A stretch of 63,711 nucleotides of DNA, counting the filler, from Bigelowiella natans CCMP2755 (taxonomy: Eukaryota; Protista; Cercozoa), in the NCBI GenBank assembly GCA_000320545.1. It is 3 parts of 3 records of this genome, joined end to end, with 100 filler letters (N's around TTAATTAATTAA, not from the genome) between each part and the next. Parts side by side here need not be neighbours in the genome. Positions count along the whole stretch, not along the records: positions 29,715 to 61,657 come from ADNK01002452.1; 2 more parts are not named here. The stretch is one strand, 5' to 3'. A program made the position numbers and the translations under genes. The notes beneath the pieces are model-generated. The model ran no database searches. It was not told the DNA's origin and worked only from the letters and a program-made list of their open reading frames with translations. This document shows positions 46,854 through 60,500 of the stretch, piece by piece. Each line of letters starts with the position of its first letter. The stretch's first letter is position 1.

Positions 46854-48767
46854 ACAATTGCATCGATGGTGGCATGAGTTTGGTAAATTCATTTAGAAGA
46901 TAATGGAAAAGATGATGGCGGAGCAGATGATATCGCTTTGCGCTTTCAACGGGTTGTTGGGTTCATATGTACCTGCACGCATTATTATACATGTAAATGT
47001 ACCTATTTTTCCACAGGACATAGCTTCGCACTTATGAATAAACGACGACGATTCCATTCAGTGCAATTTGCATGTGATAGTACTTGTAAAGTCGGTTAGT
47101 ATCACGAAACTATACCTCAATTTACTTTACCATCCTCCCCCCCTTCCCCGAATAGAACAAGGCTGAGCTTGAGGCCGCATTTGACAAGGATGTTTTCAGG
47201 GTAGGGCGACACAAATATGACAACCATCCGGCCAAATAATGTATTTGCAACTGACGAAGTGCCGCAATGCTGCGAAGTAAACATCCTAGAAGGCAGCAAC
47301 GGCTTTGCTCTTTCACATAACGGCGGCGAGTAACGTTTATCTGCTATCGTAGGAAAAAGAATCGCAAGTCATTCCCAAGCGGAGTTTATTCGGTAACTGC
47401 ATCACCGTCTCGTGTGGGATGATGATGCCTCATACGCTTCTTTATTGAGGAGCATGCTTATTGAAAGCGATGAAAGATGAGGCTATTTGAGATGTAGTAC
47501 TGACTTGCGAACATAACCAGGTGGGCTAGGCAGCTATTATGAAGACAACGAATTGAGCGTTTCCGACGACGAGGAGGAAATTGACACTGAGGAAGGTTCT
47601 GAGCAGAACGATTGATATAACACTTAGCATAATTCTTACAATGGGAGAGCGTAGTGCCAGATTCTTCCGACAGTGTGAAAATACGCACGTGTTGATAGAT
47701 GAATTAGGCACAATTAATGAATACTAATATCATGTTTTTGCTAGATTTTAAATCAGGCAATTCTCCCCACCACCCCCAAACCCCTCTCTTCCCTTTCACT
47801 CATGTTAGTTTTTCATATTTGTGTGTACATAGGAATAGACGCGCTAAGACTGAAGAAGGTATTGCACGGCAGAGTGAGTATGCATCATTCACACACAGTG
47901 CCAGCGTACATGCCATGTGTTCTCTCGATTATACTCCAACCCAACAATATAGTTTATCGTACTTGCTACGCGTACTCTGATGCGTAACGCCCGCATGCAT
48001 GCACGCATGAATGTGCGCGTGCCGCATGGTTGTCTGTGTTTCATCTGCAGCTCAAGGAGAAAGAACGGGCACACTACGAAAAGCAGCTTGGAATCGACCT
48101 CAAAGGCATCCAAACTGAGGTGAGCTGAAGCTGCTGTTTGGCACTTTTCGTATCCCTTCGATTTCAGCGTGTTGGTGTACGTGCATGGATCCTCTTGATG
48201 TCTTCGATGATTGCCTAGCCCTGGGGCGCTGCAGACATGGAGGACAACATACGAATGAAGTATTACAAAGCTTTGCTCCGTGCGAACAAGGAGAAACAGG
48301 AGGAGGAAGAGGACGAAGGGGATGAGGAGGATGCTGATTATAAGAGACGGTTGGTAACCACCATGAATAACCTTGGTATTTTTTGAAGTAGGTCATCGTA
48401 TTATATGCATATTTGGATGCGTGTGCGTGCGTGCGTGCGTGTGTCTGTGTGTGTGTGTGCATTTGGTGTGTTGAATTCTGTGTGATCAGTTGTGTGTGAT
48501 TCTGCTACTGCCAATGCCTCTGTGGGCATTATTCTTCCAGGCGGTCATCAAGCATGAGGAAAACATCAGAGAGAATACGCGACAACGTCAGCTTAGGCAT
48601 TCTACAAGTGAGTCAAGTCATATAGTAAACAGTGAGTGCGTAGTACTGAACAAACACACACAAGCACACACACACACACACGCACACAAACACAGGTATA
48701 TGTAACCTTAATGTTTATTTATTTGTTGATTGTATTGCATGTGCATATTATTCTCTCTCTCTTTCTC

Positions 48768-48841
<74 letters not shown>

Positions 48842-49426
48842 TCTCTCCCTCTCTCCCTCTCTCTTTCTCTCTTTTTCTCTCTCTGTGCGTGTGTGTGTAT
48901 GGAAGAGAGAGAGAGAGAGGGAGAGGGGAATTTGTGTTTTCCCTTTTGCTTTATTGTGTCACTAGCCCTGCTCCCATTCTCATTATGTTCTTCACTACCG
49001 TACCAGGACGATGGGGAAAATACCGATGATGTTGTAGAGAAAATGGGTAAATCTAATGATTCTTCTCACTTGAGAAGCCTATGCTCTCTGCCTATCGAAG
49101 ATGCAAAACATTAGACCGCGCGCGTGCGCGCACGCGCACACACACACGCACCACGCACACGTTTCGCACCTTAATAACAATCTCGATACTTAAGCACCGT
49201 GTTGTTTGGCAGTTATTCCTGAGTCTGAGAAGCAGTATCTTAGCGAATGGAGGATAACAAAGTACTACTCTTTGGTTCGATGCGGCAATAACAATCCATC
49301 CGTGCACATGCACATGCCGCAGACCTCGATTACTGTTGTGTTTGTTGTAATTAGACAGCTGCATTTGCTGTTGAAATTCGTTCTTCTGAAGATATGTTGT
49401 AGAACACGTTATTGTATATGTATAAA

Positions 49427-49461
<35 letters not shown>

Positions 49462-49777
49462 AGGCAAGATCCAGACGATCTGCACCGTGTTTACCGGCCG
49501 AATATTGGTAATGATGAAGGAACATATGAGTCCTGATGTTCGTAATTATGCACGACTAGATAGGATATTAGAGCAGAGGCTGCTTGCATATTCATATGCG
49601 CTTTGGTTGGCGTCAACTTTTGGAAAATCGAGCCTGAACTGCTACCCATTGTCTCCCACCGACTTTGCGGTCTTGCTACTTATCGATCCGCTCGTTGCTG
49701 GCGTTTCATTCCGAGTATTGTGTGCTGCAGGTATGAAGCGAAATCGGGAGTTGTTTGAGAATAAACTGGGATATTAG
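40277..49777 (+). CDS. Hypothetical multi-exon gene(s) containing a ubiquitin-like domain and a proline-rich region
   Basis: More than 30 short GT-AG-bounded exons. Exon 44985-45718 encodes a Ubl-like segment (TTLGEFRRRVANFTDFSPDDCILL...DNKSLLQLGV) followed by poly-Pro. May be two or three genes. Confidence 0.45.
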
Positions 49778-50812
49778 GAAGGACCGCACTTCCTAGCCGA
49801 TCTGCTGCTTTCTCATTGCCGTGATTCGAGTTATGGTGGTGGAAGTGAAGTCATTTACTTGTTCAATAACTAGCGCAGTTTAGGTTTGACTAAGCCTACT
49901 TGCATGTGTGTTATGCTACGTGCGACAATAAGACATGATGGGTATCTTCAAACACGCACAGCTAGACAGCAAACGCGCTGCTGAGAGTTTCAAATTTTGT
50001 ATATGTAGCGTAAATCTAGATGCATGTGTGCATTTTCTTACTGTCCATGCACACGTACATGCTGCTGCGCGACAACACTGCTGCTGGCTTGTCATCCTTC
50101 ACAACGGGTGGGCATGTTCACATGCATGCGTACGCTGCAATCAAATATTACAGCCATTCCGCGGTATTTACGTTAGCGATACGTACACAAAGATGCCACG
50201 CGTTTTTGAGGAGACTATCTGTATGATTTAAATCATGATCATGCCCATAGATGCATGTCGTATCGTAGCATGACTTAGCTAGCTAGTCATTAGATGCGCA
50301 CCTAGCTAGTTAGCTTCTAGCTTGATGATGCAATAGGTATCATGTCACACACATGTATCAGGCTGAACTGTTGATTTTACTTCCACAATGCGCATGTTAT
50401 GTAGACAGATCGAACAGGACGATAGGATTTGTGCCCTACTATTACGAGAATAAGGTCTCTCACCACGCCTCATAATTGTTTTGGAAACGTCTATAGCGAC
50501 TATCTCTTTCTTTTATATATGGAACAACGCTCAGTCTCTAGAACTTTGAATAAACACTGAGACTGGTGCTGGCGAAACTCTGTCTGCTACTCTGTCATAT
50601 ACATGTGCTTCCTGCGAGCTGAATTGAATTGAAGGCCAGGTGCACAATGTGCGAATTCACGTACCTGGATGCAATCACATGGCTTGATCCAGCGCAGTTT
50701 GACGTCTTTCCAGTTGAGACCTCCCCTTCACACGTGCACAAGAAATGCAAAAAATGAACAAGGGCAAACTGAGCGCCCGTCCAAATTGACGGGGGATGGG
50801 GTGGGTAGGTAG

Positions 50813-51127
50813 ATGCTTGCAGCATTGAAACAACACGAGATGCACGTGTCTTCATCAAAAATCTGCACTGGCACAGCAGAGAAAGGTTGTTTTGAAATGT
50901 GTGCACAAGTTGATTTCAAATGCATTGATCATTCTGATGATTCAGATCGTGTGCAAAATGACAAAGATGAAGTGCTAAATTCAATGAAACAATGTGACAA
51001 ACTTTGGACACCAGCCGAAATGTTTCAAGTGTGTTCAAAAGTGGACGATGCCAGGAAAATGTTCGATTTTGTCCTCAAAAAGCGTGAAAATTCTAATCAA
51101 TCCATTCGCGGCGCTTCATTGAAATGA
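50813..51127 (+). pseudogene. Degenerate intronless ORF fragment in a TpA-depleted tract
   Basis: 104 codons, AT-rich, no Tyr, many Cys/His/Met; only 2 TpA dinucleotides, both in CTA context. Confidence 0.4.
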
Positions 51128-51659
51128 ACATTTTGAAAACGTTTTTGTCACATTGTCACATTTTTCTTTGCATGCATCCATGAAAAAAGAAATCATGCAT
51201 GGAAATTGAAAACATTTGCACTTACGTTTTCATGGAGTGTCATCATCTTTTCAAATTCCAAAAGCGCCCGCAACAACCACCGCCCGTTCCACCGACCAAT
51301 AATGCGACGAACGAAAAGGGAAACTACCTCACCCACTCCAACCCACCTCCACCTAGCCATGCTAGCATGTGTCACGCTAGCACGTCATGAATCCGCGATC
51401 AGGCATAATAGACACAGCAATACACTATATATATTTTGTGTATTGCATGTCTATCATAGGCACAACATGCTAGCATGACAAAATGCTACGGCTCCATTGG
51501 CATATCGCTCGTTTTCACATGACAATGTGTCCATGCATGAACATTTCAACGCCGGGGGGCAATGTGCATGCGGCATGCAACGTCTCCTTGATCACCGCAC
51601 CAACCCGTGCTAGCGCGGTGTATACCACGGCGTCACAATGCGGCGCTAAGCTTTCGTCT

Positions 51660-54530
51660 CTACGCATTTTCCTCGTCAGCTCGCTGTTTCCGAAGTTGAT
51701 TCCAAACTTTTTCCCGCAGCGTATTAATGTGTGGCGGTGACCATTCGTCTTGGACTCCGTGATGAGGCAGCGACAGTTGATGCGACGGAGGGGATGAAGT
51801 GTGCTCCAGCCCACGGCCTGGACTAGCTTTCAGACCTTTTGTTTCCACTGTCTTAGTGATCTGAAACGTGGCGCAAAAGTGCCGCTGCAGTGCGTGAATT
51901 CTTCTGAGCTCACGAACTGCGTCGGTTTTGGTGGCGACAGGTGTGCCATTCATGCTGACTAGACGCCAGCCTCGCCGTATGCCGACGTTCCTCGCCTGGT
52001 CATGGGTTTGGACGACAAAGTTGCGTCTGTCCAGCTTGCACACGCCCCGGTCGGTATCGAAGCGGTAAGTGTGTTTGGTGTCGGTCCCAGGGAGGACGCC
52101 TTTCTCGACGTCCGAGGCAAAAAGACCGCACACCATGAAGCAAGGAAACATGACGTAGAGCCACGGCCCTGTCAGGACGGCCTCCAACCACAAGATCGTG
52201 CACAGACGGATTCCAATGTCCTGCGGCCATGTGAGCAGGGAAGCTACTACGATGTCCCAATCCGTTCCCTCTTTCTCCATGGATTGGTACCCCAGTACAA
52301 GCACTATGAAAACACAGCCTACTGAGACCACCACGCAAATCACTGCGGCAACAATGTCCCTCAATACCCACTCATTGTGAGACGGTCTGATGCTAGATTG
52401 ACGCACGAGGGTCGTCAGCCCGCAGCAGCATTCAACCGTTTTGGTACCGTTCTCTTCCATATCCAACGGGCCTTTTTTCCAAGACTGACTCGCTTTGGCT
52501 TGGGTTCTAGTCCTTTTGCTCTCATTTTCTGATATGGAACCGACGGGCACGCCGAGACTGGTTGTGGTGCGCAAGAACAAATTCTGGTTGCTGTCAAAAT
52601 CGTCAACCCTGTCTAGACTCCGTGTCCCGCGTGAGCTCTCTGCGCTACCCGATGACCTTATCTCAGATCCAGTCGCTCTTTGGCCTGGATCTTCAGCCGC
52701 CACGGACTGCATGTCCAGTGTGCTCTTGAAGGCTTTTGCACTTTGCAACCTTTTGTACCTCCTACCTGCATTCGCTCCGACCAACCCTGCTTCCACCCCG
52801 ACGGCCCCCGACGCGGCTGCAGCAGCAGCTGCTGTGTTTCTCTGGTCAGCCGCCAAAATACCTTCATCTTTGTTCTTCTTTCTGCTGAGGCCATCATCAT
52901 CATCATCACCGTCGTCTCCTTCTCCAACACGGTCTTGGTCCATATCGTCATCGTTGGCATCATCCTCGATCTGCAAACCAAAATCGTATTCCATTTCTCC
53001 CATGAGCACGGAAACGACCCAGAACAACCAAGGTATCGCGGCAACGAGACCAAGCGGCGTGAAGTTAATTCTGAACTCCTTCGGTGTCTCTCGTGAAAAC
53101 ATGGATGCGACCAGTAATGGCAGTGGAAACCCAATGAACAATGCCACAACGGCCACTGCGATGTTTCCTCGAATGAATCCGAGCTTCTGTTCTGTTCCTA
53201 GCAGGAGCGCGCATACGGCAGCCGCGTTGAGAATGAGAAGGGAGAGGATCATGACTCGTTTTTTCGAATCGATATGGTCTCCGGGCATTCGGGTGAAGAT
53301 AGACATCCAGGGGTGTCTTCTTCGGACGGCAAGAACCACCGATTTTTTCCAATTAGCGGCTGAACGAGGTTCCTCGAAATGCAGTTTGCGTGTTTGGTTG
53401 AGACTCCGATAGAACTCACGCTCGTTTCTCTCAACGGCTTCTTTGGTCGCAGCCGTGCTCTTGTCATAGAACATAGCCGTGACGAAGAGAGCTGCGAGAA
53501 ACCCGAAGAGGATAACAGTCAATGCCATGGTGGCACTCTTGGCCGGGTTGTAAGCACTTGTGTTTTTGATATCGGTCGCTGAGATCGTGTTCACTTCCAC
53601 TTGAAACGCCATGCTGCAATGTGTTGTTGCATTAGGGTTGCAATGGACATGGTGTTGTGTGCATGTGTGCTCTTTCTCTACTCTCTCTCTCTCTCTCTGT
53701 GTCTCTCTCTCTCTCTTTCCTGCAAGCACACACCTACACACACCTACACACACAGAACAGAGGAAGACGGTGAGGAAGATGGCGGAGAGATGAAAAAGAG
53801 AGCTTGAAAGAACAAATTAACGGAGGAAACTATATCTGAGGTGTATTCAGTTTCTTCATTCCCCCTCCCCCCCCCTCCATCTCTCGCATCCTTTCCGCAC
53901 AACCTTCTCGTGCTGAACGATGTGAGATGCGAGCTGTTGCAAACGTGCACATTCTTTCCATCCCGTTGGGACGATCCGACGAACGACACACCGGTCGTGT
54001 TCCATTCTCTCGCCGCCAGGTCCCAGAACATGCATTCGGTTCCCTCCCCGGTACTCAGGTTCCCTCCCTGCATTGATGGGATCTCGATGCGGAAGGGTTG
54101 TGCGTCATAACCCGAGAGATCGAGCGTTTGGTAGTTGTTGGTAGCGTCTTTGACCTGCACCGTAACGATGTTGCGCACCCGCCTCCTGACATTGCTACTG
54201 CCACTACCTTCTCCAGCTGCTACGGCCTCAGTCACGTTTTCGGGGTACAGAGTCGTGTTGGTGACTGCTACGAGGGAGAGCAGCAGATTTCCTGTAACGG
54301 TGTTGATCGGCGGAAACTGCGCTCGGGTGTGGACGAGAGGGGCGGATGCGTTACTAATTGATTTTGAACGTGAGAGATGGGGAGGAATAAGAAGAGAAGG
54401 GGGGCGTAAGGGATGGCCGGGAATGAGATGAGATGGGTTGGCGAGATGGAAGAAAGAGAGAAAAGGGAGAGAGAGAGTGAAAAGAGAGATATAGAGAGAT
54501 ATGAGAGAGAGAGTAAAAAGAGAGAGAACC

Positions 54531-54572
<42 letters not shown>

Positions 54573-57551
54573 GTGAGAATGAGAGAGAGAGAGATGAGAG
54601 ATAAAAGAGAGGAGAGACCTGTAGCCGGTTGAGTCCGATACTGTTTTCACCGCCAGAGCCACCGAGGAGCGTTTTCTTCTACGATACTGCTGCGGGGTTG
54701 CTGCGTTGGGAGAGTAAATTCTGGCACCGTCATCACCCGCGACTCTCCGCGCCCCGATCCATACGGTCAGATTCATTAAAATAGAGACGACTCGGTTTGC
54801 TCTCTCTTGCCCACCACCGTTACCGCCGCCGCCATCACTGCTTTCTGCACCGCTCTGCTGCAACAAGTGCAACAAGCCACGAGGGGGACAAAATAAAACA
54901 AGGAAAATTCGAGAAAAAGGAAGATATCATTAGAAGCACTTTCTTCAAGACTCTGAAGGCAAAAACAGGTCAAAACAAGGAAATGGGTACGAACGGTAGA
55001 CTTCCGGGGTGTAGGGGGGTTTATCTCATACGTGTCATCGTTGTTACCGCCGAGATGATGCTAGACACCGAACTGACTGAGGACGCGACGAAGTCGTTGA
55101 CGTTCGGTTCGAGGAGAACTGAGGTGGTAGTGGCGGAGGCGGCGGCCAAGCTAGAAGGAGGCGGGACAGCGCTCAAGTTGGAAAGAATTGTGAGGGTCCG
55201 TTCTGTGACCTGCTCGATGATGGATGAAGAACAATGTACATCAATGATGGCATGACGGTCAGCAAACTCTCTCTTTTCCCATCTTTCTTCCAAGTCTCTC
55301 TTTCTCTCTCTCTCCCTCTCTCCCCTTTCCTCCTTGATGTTTTCAATGTCCTGTCCTTTTTTTCCAGACCAATGACCTCCTACCTTGTTGGATATTTCCA
55401 CTGCTCTCCCTTCGGGGTAGTGCGTGAGCTGGTCTACAAGCCCCGCAACAGTTGCCCGAGGCAGGGACCTTGCAGAGCTCTGCGCTGCTGACAAGCTAGG
55501 GCTCACCTCCGCGACTAGAGAAAGGAGGCTCTCTCTCGTGGAAGTGGCCTCCTGGATTGAGATCCTGGTAGCCCTTGTGGCGCTAGTAGCGTTAGGGCCT
55601 GGGTCGGCCGCAGCATCGGCGTTGCGCAGCAGCAGCGACGCCACGCCCAATGCGCCGACGACGAAACTCTGCGTACTTCCTTCCTGCACTCGCCCTTCAA
55701 GATCACGAGAGAGGGCGGCGAGGGAGACGTTGTTCGGGAATGGCTCCACGCTCAGCCTGATTTCTTCATGGGCCGCGGCGCCGTTGGAATCGAAGACGGA
55801 GGCTTGGATCCGCGTGGCGGTTGAGGCTGAAGAGGCTGATGTTGACTGTGACGCCAGAGGCCCGGGGAGCTGGGTCTCGAGGTAACCGCTGCGTCTTCTG
55901 CCGCAGAGAGAAACCAGCCGTTTGGCCGCTCCGCCAGGCTCAGAACCTCCTCCCCCTCCTCCCCCGTCCACCAAAAAATCCCCATCATCGTCGGTGATGA
56001 TCAGTGAGAATGAGTAGGTGAGAGGAACATCGGCGTCCTCGTACCCCTCGCATGCAAGTTGGAACTGTGTCTGGAGCGCGTAGCCGCTCGCCGGGGTCGC
56101 CGAACAGCTCCCTAGCCTAGGCGGCGTGTTCACAACGACAACAAACGACGCTCGTCCGGCGAAAGGGGAAGGGCCTGCGGCATCCGTGACCGTCAGTTGG
56201 AAGGACAGCTGCGTCCGGACCCCTGCCGTGAACGTCGAGGGATCCAACGCCTTCCGTAGGATCTCGGCTGGGATGTGGAGGTACGTGCTGTTGTGGCGGC
56301 TGTGACCGATAGCCGCCGTCGTGATGTTAGAAGGCGAGAGCAACGACGGAAGGTCCAAGACATAGCTCTTTGTCCCGGTATCCGTGGAAACCTGGCACGT
56401 CCAGTTATAACGCAGGGTCTTTATCGACGATGGGGCCCATGAGGAAGAGGAGGAAGAGGAGGAAGATCTCTGGACGACATGGCTGACGAGCCGCAGATCG
56501 GTATCAACATTGAGGGTCCCTGGACCTTTTTCGAACGGTGAATCGCCAGGCGGTCGGTCGATGCTGACGCTCGGCGTGCCGATGCTGACGACACTGACCC
56601 GTTGGGTAGCGGTGCTTGTGCGTCTAAGGGTAGCATCGCCATCAGGATTGGACGAGACGTTGACGCGCGCCTCGTAGAGCCTTCCCGCTACGAGCACGCT
56701 TGCGTTGACCGACAGAATGGAGGATGCGGAAGACACTGGAGGCAAAGGCACGATCTGCCGCGAGAATAAATCGACTAGCGACCATGCGTACCGGAGGTGC
56801 GAATTGTTGCCACTGGGCCCACGCGATGGATCGTAAGAGCTGCTGGCGTCGAACACCACCGGAGAGAGGTAGGCAGGGACTACTTCCCGCTGGCCGCCGC
56901 CGTTAATCGCGGCTACCAACGCAGGGTAAGACCCCGTGAAGACCTAGCATGCAAATATATAAACAAGAGTGTGTGTGTGTGTGTGTGCATGTTCAGATAT
57001 AGGGCTCAGTAATTAGGGATGAGCAGTCGGTCGTACTGCATGATGAGACTTAGAAAAGTCTCTAAAAAATGTCTGAGGATGACAGAGAGGATAGGACCTT
57101 GAACGTGATGTTGGCGATAGCGCTCACAGCAGACCCAGCGACCGTGGCTGCGAACGCTTTGAGCCTGAACTCATAATGTGCATCTGCCGTTAGCGTTCCC
57201 ACAGGCAGATAGAGGTACGCAGCGGTCGGATCGGCGAGGGGTACCGATACTAACCCGTTGTTGTTTTGGTTTGTGCTGTTGCTGTTGGTGACGGTGTTGA
57301 TCTTATATGCGGACCACTGCGAAACTGCGATGATCGTCTGCGTAGTCTGGACGCTCTGGCTCATGCTACAGGTTGGCGGGACCACTTGGACTTCCAGCCG
57401 GAAATCTTCCCAAACGGGCACCGCGTCGATGGTCAGCGGGGCCGGGAGGATGAAACTCGGTTGCGCGCCGTTCTCCTGAACCATTATGTTGTGCATAACT
57501 CAGAGTTAGACAAGAAACAAATGATGATACCATGTATAAGGTCATTTAGAT

Positions 57552-57590
<39 letters not shown>

Positions 57591-60500
57591 GTATCTACAC
57601 ACTGTGTACAAAAGGAGAAGCTTGTAGAACAGAAAGGAAGATATAAAGAGAAATAATGGGATGCGAAGAAAGAGATAATAGGGAAGGAGGTTAAAAAGAA
57701 AAAAATGGAGATTGCATGCGGAAGGGGGTCAGAAGAGAGGTGAATGTCTATTGCATCTAACAATAAATCTGTTATTTTTTTCAAAAAATTTCTCTTGCCC
57801 TCCTTGTTCTATGATTTACTGATTTACAACTTTTCAGGTAAAAAGCACCTTTGTGATGACATGAACGGCAGAAGAGGTTTGGTGTAAGAAGTTGGTCGCA
57901 TTCACTCGAATCTTCATCGCGTAGCCACTAGTGAGGTTGAAAACGGGAATGGAGACTACTGCCTTTGACGATTGTGTTGCTTGGGCAAAGACCACTTCGA
58001 TTTCTTCCAAGGATCTCAGCTGCGATGAAGGTGTGCCGCCACTTTCGATGAGCTCCCACGATACGCTGAAAATGTGCACACATGACCTTTCCATTAGGTG
58101 GTTTCATAAGGTTCAAGCCCATTCTCAATGTGGTTATACCCCTACCCAAATGCACATATATGTATATTTTTAAATAAAGAAATGGCGAACACTCTCCCCC
58201 CCCCCCCTCCCCCACCACACACAATTGCAACATGGCACAGGCACCTCATATTTCTTCCTGCAAAGCCTCCAAGCTGCGCAACTACGGTCACGTGCGTTTC
58301 GCAGATACCAAACGCTGAAGCCGCAAGGAGGGTCACCGTCACCTGTGGAGGCACCTCTGGCGCTAATACCGCCACGATCTGTGCATTGTTTGATGCGGAG
58401 GATGATAGGGTACCTCCTGCTCCAATAACGGTGCCAGAATTCAGCTCGAGTAAGTTCCCAGGGCCGAGAGTTGTACCTCGACCGAGCCGGACATGCAAGA
58501 CTGTAACGGTATGGAAGTAACACACCGGACTTGCTCCAAGTTTTAAAAGAATAGGTGGCGCGAATAGGTACGTGCAAAGCGATGACGCGAATTGCAGAGA
58601 AGGAACTAACTCCGTTGGTCGGTTGTACATCATGACGATGTACGTTGCGTCATCCGAGAATTGCGCTTTGATCGCCGTCGGGCCTAGTGAACCGTATGTT
58701 TTTTTGGTGAAAAAGTTATGAAGAAGATTCAGGATTATTTGTGCATCAGTGCTTCCATGTGCGTGTCGGCAAATCACCAAAGAATACGATAATGTACGGT
58801 GATATTGTTACTAACAGTTAACATATAGCAAACACGTACCAATCATCGTTGGCATGCTTGTTATAGGCGTCTAAGAGAAGAAGTTGTCCAAATGGACGTA
58901 GAAAACAATTATTAGAGTATTTGAAACCAGAGCACATAGGCATCATAGCTTCACCGATTTTTGTTATTATTAGGACATTGAGAGTCTATGAAAAGAGTGC
59001 CTGAAACTGAAACTAGAATATTGAGGCATGCTTTTGTTTGCATTGCAATTTCCCCCTAACCTGTGTCCCGGGCGAGACTGTTGGTGAAGTCGTTGGCGAG
59101 GCCGTTTTTGGCGAGATTGTCGTCGGCGAGGTTGTCGTAGGTGAGGATGTCGTCGGCGAGGTTGTCGTCGGTGAAGTTGTTGGTGAAAAATTAGGCACCT
59201 ATTTCATACATGCGATTAGCAAATAGCAACATTAGAAATTGACTCTGACAAAGGAAACCCATATTGACAATACCGCAAAGAGGAAAACAGAATATCTAAC
59301 AAACTAAGGTTTAAAGCTTGCGGCGCTGGTAGTAACCTCAAAACTGCACGGAGCTCCATTTAAACATGCTTCGGCTCCCTGACTGGCTCCGTCAGAATCA
59401 CCATCAACTACGACAAGGCCAGTTGGACCTGTTTCCGTGCTGCAGTTAGTACAAGTCATCCGCTCATATGTTATGCCGCCGTCTGAAGAGAACTCAAATG
59501 TTCCGGCCCATGCATTCCAGTTCAGATTCCATGTTGTAACGGAACGTATGGAGTCTGCGCATTCGTCCAAAACGACCGATCCTCTTGCGAAGAAACCATT
59601 AACCACTGTTGTGCCATCGACGGCTATGGCAACAATGCCATCATTGCTACCTCCATTCCCAGTAGTGACTCGCACGCACATCTGCGTCTTGAATAGATAG
59701 TCAGGGAGGGGGAATGAATATTTTTTTTCTATCCACCATACTTCATTATAAGCCTCCCAGTAGTTGAAAAGTTGATATAATATTGTATGAATTTTTGGTA
59801 AGGAGGGGGCAGAATAGAGCAGCAATGTGACTTGTTGTAAGTACTCTCACACTTACACACACACACACACACTCACAGAGAGAGATACATGATGAACTGC
59901 GGCCAAGCTCACTTGGTTAGATTGTGATACGAAAACAGGCATACACACACATACACACATATACTCACATGCACACATTTTCACTCTTTCTCTCTCTCTC
60001 TCACATACACGCACACACACACACATATACATTATACTTGGTTGGATTATGATACGAAAAACATGCATGTGCATGCAGCTCAAACTCACTACTTGAACCC
60101 CCGACCCATCCCCCGACCTACCCCCCCCAACCTTACCCTAAATTTTAAAGCGACGGGTTATATCAACTATTATGTATGTGTATGCGCTAGCTACCAATTA
60201 AGATGGCTGAAATATATTAACGCTATCGCATAGTGGCACATGTGGCACACAAATAGCAGCTGAACGCCACTGGAGGAGAAATTAAAAAAATCATACCTGT
60301 GTGGGCGCGACCGTCGCAGGGCTGGTTGTAGGGGCAGCGAAAGGGGCAGTCGATGGCGCCTACGCACACCGAAAAATCAAGGAGAATGAGGAATTGCATA
60401 TTTACATGCACCCAATACATCGAGCGCTCTGGATGCTCTTTCATCATCACGTAGGATCAGAAAAAACTGTACAGAGAGAATATACAATTTCATCATTCGC

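Noticed and set aside
52495-53412. 305-aa plus-strand ORF (similarly 12479-12802 and 55424-55885)
   Set aside because: Antisense shadow of a well-supported minus-strand exon; no independent motifs.
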